This document shows positions 33,345-42,915 of a stretch of DNA of 64,000 nucleotides, one piece after another (position 1 is the first letter of the stretch; the number at the start of each line of letters is the position of its first letter). The stretch is from NCBI GenBank assembly GCA_963817915.1, contig CAWFQL010000012.1, positions 128,001 through 192,000 of the forward strand. The letters are read 5' to 3'. The notes beneath the pieces are model-generated. The model was not told where the DNA came from and did no database searches. It saw nothing but the letters and a program-made list of their open reading frames with translations. The translations under genes and the position numbers were made by a program. The stretch is from an uncultured candidate division Zixibacteria bacterium (GTDB lineage: Bacteria; Zixibacteria; MSB-5A5; UBA10806).

Positions 33345-34183
33345 ATTTTGTAGAAAAGCTGTTGAACGCCGCCAGAAGCAATAAAAGCTGGCTATGTATC
33401 GGACTCGACCCCGATATTTCCAAAATACCGCAAAAATTCGGCAATTCCATCGAATCAATCCTCAAATTCAATAAGGCAATAATCGAGGCTGCTTCGGACA
33501 AAGTTTGCGCCTTTAAACCTAACTCGGCATTCTATGAATCTCATGGTGCCGAGGGATGGAATATTCTTGCGGAAACCATAAAGGCGGTTCCTTCCCATAT
33601 CCCTGTTATTCTCGATTTTAAAAGGGGCGATATCGGTAATACATCCAAAATGTATGCCATAGCTGCATTTGAGAAATTGGGCGCCGATGCGGTGACTGTC
33701 AGCCCATATCTCGGCGGTGATTCGATACAGCCATTTCTTGATTTTGCCGACAAAGGCGTTTTTGTCTTATGCTTGACATCGAATCCGTCTTCAGCAGACA
33801 TTCAGAAGAAAGTGATTGATTCCAATTCTTCATCCCATTTGGCAATTTATGAATATATCGCCGAACTCTCTCTCCAATGGAATAAAAACAAAAATATCGG
33901 ATTGGTTGTCGGCGCTTCATCGACCCAAGAGCTCAAAAATATTCGTGACAGAATCGGCCCGACTATTCCTATCTTGATTCCCGGCGTGGGAGCTCAGGGC
34001 GGTGACTTGGAAAAATCGATTATCGCTGGCTCCAATGAAAAAGGGGAGATGGCGATTATCAATGTCTCGCGGGCGATTATCTATCCCGGAACCGATGGCG
34101 ATCCTGTCGAGAAAATAGAATCTCAGGCAGAATTTTATCGGAAGAAGATTCAAGAGGGAATCGAAAATAAGCTTCACAAATAA
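33341..34183 (+). CDS. pyrF: orotidine-5'-phosphate decarboxylase
   Basis: LCIGLDP, AFKPN, LDFKRGDIGNT, IPGVGAQGG. Confidence 0.95.
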   Translation: MNFVEKLLNAARSNKSWLCIGLDPDISKIPQKFGNSIESILKFNKAIIEAASDKVCAFKPNSAFYESHGAEGWNILAETIKAVPSHIPVILDFKRGDIGNTSKMYAIAAFEKLGADAVTVSPYLGGDSIQPFLDFADKGVFVLCLTSNPSSADIQKKVIDSNSSSHLAIYEYIAELSLQWNKNKNIGLVVGASSTQELKNIRDRIGPTIPILIPGVGAQGGDLEKSIIAGSNEKGEMAIINVSRAIIYPGTDGDPVEKIESQAEFYRKKIQEGIENKLHK

Positions 34184-34194
34184 TTCTAAACAAC

Positions 34195-34223
34195 TTGCCA
34201 TTCGCTAATTTCCATAATATAGT
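34195..34223 (+). promoter_or_regulatory. sigma70-type promoter placed to give a leaderless mRNA
   Basis: TTGCCA-N17-TATAGT ends 6 nt before ATG 34230; no SD. Confidence 0.55.
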
Positions 34224-34229
34224 AATTTT

Positions 34230-34652
34230 ATGAAGAAATACCTCATCCTCGCAATATTAGCCATCATGGCCTGCGGAGGCAAACCCGGCCCCAAAGAAGT
34301 TGTCTTTGATTTCATCGACGGCGTCTTGTTATCGGATTCGCTGAAAATAACTAACGATCTTGATGTTATCTCATTTACGAAATACCTGATGACTAAGATG
34401 ACCCCTGAAGATTCTACCAAAGTATTGGCAGAAAAGCCGGTCGAAATCATCCAATCTCTTCTTGGCGATGGCGAAACCCGTGCAAGATGGAAAAGGCTCC
34501 AAATAATCGTCAATAAAGAGACAATTGAAAAGGATACCGCCCAGGTCGAAGTTTCATTTATCGATAAGACTATCGGTCATCAGCTTTACTCGAAAATGCT
34601 CCTGGCTAAACAGCTGGACGGAAGCTGGCGAATTTTCTATTTTGTCAGATAA
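34230..34652 (+). CDS. small lipoprotein (possibly NTF2/DUF4878-like)
   Basis: Lipobox IMAC; GPKEVVFDF...DTAQVEV...DGSWRI. Confidence 0.7.
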   Translation: MKKYLILAILAIMACGGKPGPKEVVFDFIDGVLLSDSLKITNDLDVISFTKYLMTKMTPEDSTKVLAEKPVEIIQSLLGDGETRARWKRLQIIVNKETIEKDTAQVEVSFIDKTIGHQLYSKMLLAKQLDGSWRIFYFVR

Positions 34653-34724
34653 ATAATTGTTATTCAATTTCGATTCGCATACCCCCGGATATTTACAATC
34701 TTAAGTATTGCCCCTAAAAAGCTC

Positions 34725-34753
34725 TTGACAGCTCCCGCATTAAGCCTTACCAT
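34725..34753 (+). promoter_or_regulatory. sigma70-type promoter
   Basis: TTGACA-N17-TACCAT. Confidence 0.55.
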
Positions 34754-35069
34754 AGCAATGACTTCAACGGTCGGTTGGCCTTGTGAAAATTGGGCCTGCA
34801 ATTATTAGTAAGGCAAATTTTATAATTCACAAGACGGCTGATAGAAATTGTCCAAAATAATCAAAATTGTCTTCGCTAAGTATCTTAGGACGGAAGAGAA
34901 TCTTACAAATCGTAACGAACTGCATCACCGAATTAATGGGATTGAGCAAGTTAATCTGCAATAAAACAATATTAATATCAATTTGGAGGTGAAACATTCT
35001 GACAAAAGCATCGCACCGATTAAATGGTTTTTAGGATTAAGACTAAATACTACTCGGAGGATATGAACA

Positions 35070-38000
35070 ATGAAAAAAATGCTGATGTTTGTCATTATTA
35101 TATTGATGGTTGTCCCCTGCTTGTTAGAGGCAGACGAAATCAATGGGCAGAAATCAAATGAGGGAAATACCCCAGGTATTTTGTCCTCCAATGCCCCAAA
35201 AGATGCTCAAAATATTACGTTAGGCGGCGGCCCCGATGCTTTTGGATACATTTGGAAGGATTCGAACGACCCCGGCGGCCCCGTATTTAATTGGGTCGAT
35301 ATCACCACCGTCGGAACAGAAATCACCCCCTGGCCGAACGGCACAGTCGACGATGGCTATACAAATCCAATTCCCATGGGAATGACATTTAATTTCTATG
35401 GGATTGATTACACCGACATTACAGTCTCCACCAATGGGTGGGTATCATTTCTGGCTCAGACCAATTCCTATCTAACTAATGTTTCTATACCAGCCTCTGC
35501 AAATCCAAATGGCCTCCTGGCTGTTGAATGGGACGATTTGGACGGTGGAACGGTAGGCCATTGCTATTATTACTATGATTCGGCGCAGAACCAATTTATC
35601 GTTTCATGGGTAAATTGGCCGTATTACCCGGATCCTCTTAACCCCCATGATTTTCAGGTAATCTTAAATGGCGCTGACAATTCCGTCATTTATCAATATG
35701 GTACCGGGACGTTCCGCGCGTTTTCGACTGTAGGAATTGAAAATGAAACTGGTATTATTGGTCTGCAGGTTGCCTATAATCAGGCTTACCTTACAAATAA
35801 TCTTGCGATCAAATTATTGGTCCCACCGGTATACGCCCATGATACCGCTCCCTTGCGCTTTACTGGATTACCTCAGGCAGGCTCAGTTGGTGTGCCGATC
35901 AACCCTGAAGCCTACTTCATTAATCTTGGCTCCAATGCTGAAAATAACGTCCCGGTTCGATTAGTAATTACTCCCGGAACATATAATTCCGTTCAGAATA
36001 TCCCGACTTTGGCTTCCGGGGATTCCACTATCGTGACATTTTCCACTTTTACTCCGACAACCAGCGGAATTTATACGCTGACCGCAATTTCCGAATTGCC
36101 TGGAGATGCCGATAGGACCAACGATACCATACGCGCCTCTATCATCATTTACGATACGATAATGGATTTCGAATCCAATTCTGGCGGTTTTCCTGGTACC
36201 GGAGATTGGCAGTGGGGTACTCCCACATCGGGACCGAATGCCGCATTTTCCGGAGTCAATTGCTGGGGAACAAATTTATCCGGCAATTATTCTGCGGGAA
36301 TAAGCACTTTGGAATTCAGTCTAGTCCTTGGTGCTTCAAGCCCGGCGATATCATTCGCTCAATGGTACGATACTGAAAATCTATTTGATGGCTGCAATTT
36401 CTCAATTTCGACCGATCTTGGCGGCACCTGGACAGTAGTATCGCCGATTGGTGGATATGTCGATACAAGTCGTACCGCAAATCCGCTATTCCCAGATTCG
36501 ATTTTCACAGGACACGGCCATACTTCTTGGGAAATTAAGACATTCCCGCTTACAGCCTACGCCGGGCAGACCGTTATGGCTAAATTGGCCTTGGGGGCGG
36601 ATCCTACAGTGTTCTATTCTGGCTGGTACGTTGATGATCTAGGATTAATTGATTGTCAATTTACCTTCCCCAATATTGCAGTTTCACCATCAAATTTGCA
36701 GGGAGCCGCGCTTCCCGGCAATTCAACAATTGTTCCTTTGACTATCTCGAATACTGGTCCTGGCCCGCTTCATTTTAATGCCAGAGCCGCGCAAGATATA
36801 ATTCAACCGCTCTCACCAATCTTTGGATCTGATGGAAATCGCACTTTAGCCTCGCGTCAGGAACCGATAGGCTATCGAACCACAAGCGACAAAGAGGGTG
36901 CCAAGAATAACGCTGAACCATATTATCCTCCGGTGTTAACCGGCTTTGGCGGTCCGGATGCATTTGGATATTATTGGATTGATTCTGATGAACCTCAAGG
37001 GCCGGTATATGGCTGGGTCGATATTTCGACGAATGGTACTGTAATCAATCCCTGGCCGCATGGCACCACGGATGATGGCTATTCAGACCCGATTCCGATG
37101 GGTGGCACATTTAACTTCTATGGAATCGATTATACCGATATTGTAATTTCCACCAACGGCTGGATTTCATTCCTGCCACAGACTTCTGCTGGTTTTTCCA
37201 ACGCCATGATCCCCAATTCCTCAAACCCCAATGCCATTATCGCGGTTGAATGGGACGATCTCTCTGGCAGAACCACGGGGAATTGCTATTACTACTTTGA
37301 TGCGGGCACAAATGAATTCATCGTCTCATGGAATGATTGGGAATACTACGCTTCACCTTACGATCCCCGTAGTTTCCAGGTAATATTAGATATGTCCACC
37401 GGCAGTATACGCTGTCAGTATGGTCTCGCGTCCTACCATACCTCTTCAACAGTCGGAATTGAAAACGATTCAGGGACCGACGGCCTTCAGGTCGCCTATA
37501 ATCAAGCTTATCTTCATGGCGAAATGGCGATTCTTTATACGGCCCCGGTTCAATGGCTTTCAATTGACCCGACATCGGGTTCAATCCCAAGCGGCGGAAG
37601 TCCGGTAACAATCAACGTTACCATGGATGCCTTGAATCTTGCTCAAGGCACTTATACCGGCCGGATAGTAATGGGTAGCAACGATCCGGACAGCGTAACA
37701 TTTGATATCCCCGTGACATTTATTGTAGGAGAAGGTGGACCGCCGCCTGCTCCAGCATTATTGGCTCCCGCCAATGGTTCATCGGTCACCACGGCTACAG
37801 TCCAATTTGACTGGGCTGACGCTCCGACGGCCACAAGATATGTTGTCGAAGTGGCCACCGATGATCTTTTCAATGGCGTCGTCGCGCATGATTCTGCTTT
37901 GACCGCATCTAATTACCAATTTGATTTCCCGACCCTGGGAACATATTTCTGGAGAGTAACTGCGGCCAACGATCAGGGATTCTCGCCGCGAACTGCAGTC

Positions 38001-38354
38001 TGGTCGTTTATTAGAACAACAGGAGGAACGTGCCAGTATGTAGTCGGAGATGCCAACGGCAGCAACACCTTTAACGGCCTTGATGTCACCTATAGTGTGA
38101 ATTACTTCAAGGGTGGAGCTCCCCCGCCGTATTCCTGCGAATGCACTCCCGGCAATACCTGGTTTGTCACAGGCGACGTTAACGGTTCGTGTTCATTCAA
38201 TGGGCTGGATGTTACCTACATGGTCAACTACTTTAAGGGCGGTCCTGCTATTCAGCCTTGTCCCAATTGCCCGCCCGCGCGCGATATCGCTCCCAATCCC
38301 GGGGAAAATATTTCTTCTCACGGGGATGCAAAAATTGGGGGTTCGTCGGAATAG
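35070..38354 (+). CDS. large secreted multidomain protein: duplicated GGPDAFGY domain, CARDB/Ig-like and MAM-like segments, dockerin-like tail
   Basis: Signal peptide; two ~200-aa internal copies; WQWGTP..GWYVDD; C-terminal GDANGSNTFNGLD and GDVNGSCSFNGLD. Confidence 0.85.
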   Translation: MKKMLMFVIIILMVVPCLLEADEINGQKSNEGNTPGILSSNAPKDAQNITLGGGPDAFGYIWKDSNDPGGPVFNWVDITTVGTEITPWPNGTVDDGYTNPIPMGMTFNFYGIDYTDITVSTNGWVSFLAQTNSYLTNVSIPASANPNGLLAVEWDDLDGGTVGHCYYYYDSAQNQFIVSWVNWPYYPDPLNPHDFQVILNGADNSVIYQYGTGTFRAFSTVGIENETGIIGLQVAYNQAYLTNNLAIKLLVPPVYAHDTAPLRFTGLPQAGSVGVPINPEAYFINLGSNAENNVPVRLVITPGTYNSVQNIPTLASGDSTIVTFSTFTPTTSGIYTLTAISELPGDADRTNDTIRASIIIYDTIMDFESNSGGFPGTGDWQWGTPTSGPNAAFSGVNCWGTNLSGNYSAGISTLEFSLVLGASSPAISFAQWYDTENLFDGCNFSISTDLGGTWTVVSPIGGYVDTSRTANPLFPDSIFTGHGHTSWEIKTFPLTAYAGQTVMAKLALGADPTVFYSGWYVDDLGLIDCQFTFPNIAVSPSNLQGAALPGNSTIVPLTISNTGPGPLHFNARAAQDIIQPLSPIFGSDGNRTLASRQEPIGYRTTSDKEGAKNNAEPYYPPVLTGFGGPDAFGYYWIDSDEPQGPVYGWVDISTNGTVINPWPHGTTDDGYSDPIPMGGTFNFYGIDYTDIVISTNGWISFLPQTSAGFSNAMIPNSSNPNAIIAVEWDDLSGRTTGNCYYYFDAGTNEFIVSWNDWEYYASPYDPRSFQVILDMSTGSIRCQYGLASYHTSSTVGIENDSGTDGLQVAYNQAYLHGEMAILYTAPVQWLSIDPTSGSIPSGGSPVTINVTMDALNLAQGTYTGRIVMGSNDPDSVTFDIPVTFIVGEGGPPPAPALLAPANGSSVTTATVQFDWADAPTATRYVVEVATDDLFNGVVAHDSALTASNYQFDFPTLGTYFWRVTAANDQGFSPRTAVWSFIRTTGGTCQYVVGDANGSNTFNGLDVTYSVNYFKGGAPPPYSCECTPGNTWFVTGDVNGSCSFNGLDVTYMVNYFKGGPAIQPCPNCPPARDIAPNPGENISSHGDAKIGGSSE

Positions 38355-38393
38355 ACGCTGTGTAGATAATTCAAGGGGAAATATGCTTTTCAA

Positions 38394-38433
38394 GATTCGG
38401 GCTCTTCTTAGGATGAAGGGCCCGATTCTTTTT
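38394..38433 (+). terminator. intrinsic terminator
   Basis: tcgggctcttc...gaagggcccga followed by ttcttttt. Confidence 0.65.
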
Positions 38434-38452
38434 GGCGGCCATATCCAATTGC

Positions 38453-38480
38453 TTGACATTAAATGCCAATATGATATATT
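38453..38480 (+). promoter_or_regulatory. sigma70-type promoter of the putative selenoprotein gene
   Basis: TTGACA-N16-TATATT with an extended -10 TG. Confidence 0.55.
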
Positions 38481-38675
38481 TGTATATAGTAGAGCTTGTA
38501 GACGTTGCTGGCTCAATGTACTGTCAAACACTTCTTTTTTTGAATGACTTAACATGACTGGAACGATTTGCTCGAAAATCCCCTCCGCTCAAATCCAGTT
38601 GCTTCATTTAATCGAATGTTTAATAATTGGTAGAATTAGGATAAATCCACAATGGCGCGTCAGGAAGGTACAATT

Positions 38676-40061
38676 ATGAGAAGATTTACAGCGTTGTTAT
38701 TTTTTCTACTGTTTGGTCCAATTTTGATTGGGAATAGCCTGGCTACTCAGCGCATAGTTGTTGCCGAATTATTCACAAATACCGGGTGAAGCTATTGCCC
38801 AGATGCTGATCAGGAATTGGATCAGATAGCAAATGCCCGTCCGAATGATCTCGCCGTAATACGCTACCACGTCAACTGGCCAAGCCCTACAGACCCATAC
38901 TATCAATTTAATATCAGCGAGAATATGGCTAGAAATAACTACTACTCGAACATTTACACTCCGTATATTTATTTCGATGGCAACATAGTGGGAGGATCTT
39001 ATAGTAGCTGGGCCAGTCAAATAAATTCTGAAAGCCAGGTAGCCTCTCCTCTCGATATACAGTTATCGGGGAGCTTGAATTATAATACCAGGCTGGGGAC
39101 TATCGATGTCATGATCATCGCCACTTCAGCTATTAGCTATACCAGCCTGAAGATGCGGCTCGCAATTACCGAATCCAATATTCGCTGGCAAGCCCCCAAC
39201 GGAACATTAAATCATCATCAAACTTTCCGCGATATGGTGCCAAGCACTTCCGGCCAGGCTTTCACTATTGCTCAGGGTGACACCGCTATATTCCATGAAC
39301 CGATTAATCTCAGATCGCCCATGGTACTTTCAAATTGCAGCATTGTAGTGTTCGTGCAATCGGATAACGGCAGCCGGAGAATCCTCCAGGGAGCCAAAAT
39401 CGCGGTGCCGTCATTACAGCGCGTTTATGAGTTGTCGCCATTTTCTCTGGTTGCGCCGCGGAATGATTCAACGCTTTCCACTTGTTATCCTATCTGCACA
39501 TGGCGGCGAAGCAGCGATCCTGATTCGGGGTACGCGATCAACTACGAAGTCCAGATCAGCCTCGACCCTGAGTTCACTAATCCGATTGTTTCGGATCCGC
39601 CATTATCAGATTCGACATGGACTTGTCCATACTGCCTGATGAATGATACGCTCTTTTATTGGCGTGTACGAGCCTTCAACGGCCACGCGCCGGATAAATA
39701 CAGCACTCAGACATATCAATTTCGAATCCATGAAGTCTCATGCCAGTATGTCGCGGGCGATGTCAATGGGAATGGCGTCGCTAATGGTCTCGATGTCACA
39801 TACATGGTAAATTATTTGCGTGGGGGAGTAGCCCCACCAGATACATGCGAGTGCGGAACTAATCCAAATTTTTTGGTGTCATCGGATGCGAATGGCAGTT
39901 GTAGTGTGAATGGCCTCGATGTCACCTATATGGTAAATTTCTACAGGGGAGGCGGCGCACCGATATCATTCTGCACCGATTGCCCGTCCGGTGGCAGATC
40001 GTCCCTACTTTCAACTAAAAGAGAAATCTCTCACCAGCCAGTAAAGCCAAAGATAGAGTAG
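38676..40061 (+). CDS. putative secreted selenoprotein: Omp28/thioredoxin-like UxxC domain + FN3-like + dockerin-like tail
   Basis: ATG 38676 gives signal peptide MRRFTALLFFLLFGPILIGNSLA, then TQRIVVAELFTNTG-TGA(38787-38789)-SYCP, in frame with ORF 38817. Confidence 0.8.
38791..38830 (+). promoter_or_regulatory. bacterial SECIS-like hairpin
   Basis: GCTAT/ATAGC lower stem, CTGATC/GATCAG upper stem and a G-containing loop AGGAATTG about 22 nt after the TGA. Confidence 0.55.
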
Positions 40062-40086
40062 CGATTTCGAGACAATTCAAATAATT

Positions 40087-40116
40087 AGCCGGCGGAAATA
40101 CATTCTGCCGGCTTTC
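40087..40116. terminator. terminator hairpin between convergent genes
   Basis: agccggcggaa...ttctgccggct followed by tt. Confidence 0.7.
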
Positions 40117-40162
40117 TATTTGGGCCAATTATCGGACAAATATAAAATGCTTCTAAAATTAT

Positions 40163-40661
40163 CTAATGCTCTGATTCTTCCGATTCATGCTTCTCATCCG
40201 GTAATGCCAGCGAATCTGATTTCAAAAGCGATTCCTGAACCGGTTTTACTCCCGCGCCATATGTATATACCATCTCTCCGCCAAGGTAGCCGCCAACACT
40301 CACTACGCCAGCCGCGACTACACTTATCCCAAATGCCAACCATCCAAAGCTGCTATAAATCTTCTTGCCAAAGCTCAAACGGAAAATTAGCGAGACAATG
40401 ACAACACTTAAATAAATATACCCCATCGTCTCGTGAGTATCTAAAATTTCTCCTGCGGCTTTCGGCAGCTTTACGGCATCCTCAGTCAAAAGTCCGCTTA
40501 TTACGGCCGCCGCGGCTCCAAGGACTGCAAATACCGTCAAAATGGTACCTGTCAAAATAAATGATTCCTTCTCTGGTAATTATCCCGATAAAATCGCAGG
40601 CAACGATTACGAATATCAATGCTATCGGGAAATGAATAATCATCGGATGAATATTAGGCAT
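40163..40661 (-). CDS. DUF2231-family membrane protein (frameshift near 40570)
   Basis: True start MPNIHPMIIHFPIAL at 40661 with SD GGAG; H-E-T-M-G and GYLGGEMVYTYGAGV motifs. Confidence 0.8.
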
Positions 40662-40895
40662 GATTATCTCCTATAATAATTTTTGGCTTGTTGAAATATT
40701 TGGTCTATCTGCAGTTTTGTCATTGCGGATAAAATATAGCACATGTTTAGGATTTTGTTCAACCGCTGATTATTACCAAATCTACGAATTCGGGGCGCAG
40801 CTTTATCGTTTGGCCAATGTGAGCTCTTTTTCTTGAATTGTGTCTCTATTCATGCTAATGAAATATCCAACCAATTTTATTTTAAAGGAGATTTG

Positions 40896-41279
40896 ATGAA
40901 AAAGATTGTAAGCACCGAAAAAGCACCAAAAGCAATAGGACCTTACAGCCAGGCCGTGATTGAACCGAAAACCGGACTTATTTACACTGCGGGACAAATT
41001 GCATTGGATCCGACAACCGGTGAAATAGTTGGCAATGACATTCAGACTCAGGCAAAACAGGTATTCAATAATCTGCAAGCAGTACTAAAGGCTGCCGGGA
41101 GCGGATTTGATAATGTCCTTAAGACTACAGTTTTTCTAAAAGATATGAACGATTTCGCTAAGGTAAATGAGGTTTATTCCGAATACTTTAATAGGGATTT
41201 TCCCGCAAGGTCCGCAGTCGAAGTTTCCAGACTGCCCAAAAACGCGTTGATAGAAATAGAGTTGGTCGCACACATTTAG
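40896..41279 (+). CDS. ridA: RidA/YjgF enamine deaminase
   Basis: [53 protein letters not shown]. Confidence 0.92.
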   Translation: MKKIVSTEKAPKAIGPYSQAVIEPKTGLIYTAGQIALDPTTGEIVGNDIQTQAKQVFNNLQAVLKAAGSGFDNVLKTTVFLKDMNDFAKVNEVYSEYFNRDFPARSAVEVSRLPKNALIEIELVAHI

Positions 41280-41400
41280 AGCAAAAACAAAGCAAACTGC
41301 CTTAATATTAGTTGACATGTCGGGTATCAAATTATAATTAGGGGTTCAAAGCCATGGACTTTATGGCTTTCAAGGAGGGGACAGCTTCGTCTCTGCAAGA

Positions 41401-42291
41401 GTGACTGAAAAAGGCATCATTGTTTTTACCAACAAGTTAATCGTAATAGTCGGCATTATTCTATTATGTCCGACTTTTAATTTATATGCGGCACCCGGTG
41501 AGACAGCGCTGGATTTTCTCAATATTCCTGTAGGAGCCCACACAGCCGCCTTGGGGCAGGCCAACTATGCGGGCATAATCGGGCCCGAAGCCATTTTCGC
41601 CAATCCATCGCTACTCGGCAGTAGAACCGGTGGATTCGCATCTCATCAAGAGCTTTTCATGGATACCCGTTCCGAGGCCGCATCGGTCGCCCTGAGAGTC
41701 TCGCCAAGATATTCATTAGGGTTTGGAATTAATATGTTTGAACCGGGGAATATCGTAGGATATTCTGCCAACGATATCAAAACCGGCAATATCGCCGCAG
41801 GCGATTACATGGGCAGATTGGCTTTTGTCATCAATGGCAAAATAACCTATGGCGCTTCAATATCATATTATCATCAGAAGCTTGCGGATATTAGCGGAAG
41901 CGGTTTAGGATTTGGATTCGGGGCCACCTACGAAAATAATACCGGTCGATTCGCCCTCTCTTTCGATAACTTCGGAGCCAATTTCGGAATCGGGAATTCC
42001 AAGGCTCCCTTGCCGAGCCGCCTGGCCCTATCAACCTGGATTCCTCTCTGGAAAAATAACGTCAATATTAATGCCGATTTAATTTATAATCGTGCTTTCG
42101 GGTGGAAAATCGCGGGTGGAGTGGAATACAGAATAGTCAATGGTTTCAGCCTCCGAGCAGGCAGCAACAATGCCGATCCATTGTCGCTGGGATTTAATCT
42201 GGGCATTCGGGAAATATCATTTGATTATTCATATATTCCGTTGGGGACATTCGGGGACCGGCATATTTTCAGCGTATCAATTTTTCGATAA
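41401..42291 (+). CDS. PorV/PorQ-family (UPF0164-like) outer-membrane barrel
   Basis: TALDFLNIPVGAHTAALGQA..AIFANPS; C-terminal FDYSYIPLGTFGDRHIFSVSIF. Confidence 0.75.
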   Translation: MTEKGIIVFTNKLIVIVGIILLCPTFNLYAAPGETALDFLNIPVGAHTAALGQANYAGIIGPEAIFANPSLLGSRTGGFASHQELFMDTRSEAASVALRVSPRYSLGFGINMFEPGNIVGYSANDIKTGNIAAGDYMGRLAFVINGKITYGASISYYHQKLADISGSGLGFGFGATYENNTGRFALSFDNFGANFGIGNSKAPLPSRLALSTWIPLWKNNVNINADLIYNRAFGWKIAGGVEYRIVNGFSLRAGSNNADPLSLGFNLGIREISFDYSYIPLGTFGDRHIFSVSIFR

Positions 42292-42359
42292 TTGTTGACA
42301 CTAATGTCAAATTAATATAGTTAATATTGCTAATAAACGTAACTTTACGGGGAGGTTTC

Positions 42360-42905
42360 ATGAAAAAAGCTCTACCTTTGATATTGGTTTTGGTCATTGC
42401 CAGTAGCGCGATGGCGATTACTGATCTGTCGCTTGGCGTCTACGGCGGCCTAAATAGCCCAATTGTTCAGCAAGATACAAAGTCCGGTACCGGCTTTGGT
42501 CTAAAGGGCACATTCGCCCCTACTCCGATGATTGCCGCGTCAGTATTTTTCGAATCACGCAAATACGGTAGCCCTGAAAAAACAATCAGAGGCATTACGA
42601 TGAAAACTGATGGTGGCAAAGTATCGGTTTTCGGATTGGAAGCTCAAATCGGCAGTGTGGGTGGAGCTATGGGGCCGCACTTTTATTGGGCTGTCGGAGT
42701 CGGCAGCTACAAATGGAAACGAGACGGTTACAGCGACCTCTCCAAAGTGGCCTATCATTTGGGGCCCGGTCTGGAGATCAACCTGCCGATGCATATCGGA
42801 ATTGAAGCTAAAGGAAAATTTGAAATAGTGCCTACCGGAGGTGGAGGTTCACGCAAGAATTTCCTCATCTTCGTTGGCGCAAATTATCACATCGGCTTGA
42901 TGTAG
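42360..42905 (+). CDS. small outer-membrane beta-barrel protein
   Basis: SD GGAGG; signal peptide; alternating beta strands; ends FVGANYHIG. Confidence 0.75.
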   Translation: MKKALPLILVLVIASSAMAITDLSLGVYGGLNSPIVQQDTKSGTGFGLKGTFAPTPMIAASVFFESRKYGSPEKTIRGITMKTDGGKVSVFGLEAQIGSVGGAMGPHFYWAVGVGSYKWKRDGYSDLSKVAYHLGPGLEINLPMHIGIEAKGKFEIVPTGGGGSRKNFLIFVGANYHIGLM

Positions 42906-42915
42906 GAGCGTTAAT

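Noticed and set aside
38817..40061. TTG start at 38817 as the real start
   Set aside because: It lacks a signal peptide and cuts the thioredoxin motif; ATG 38676 with TGA readthrough explains the sequence better
41312..41372. Riboswitch (c-di-GMP-like) upstream of the PorV-like gene
   Set aside because: Only a simple hairpin AAAGCCAT/ATGGCTTT is present and the conserved two-stem aptamer features are missing; the nearby TTGACA/TATAAT pair has only a 15-nt spacer
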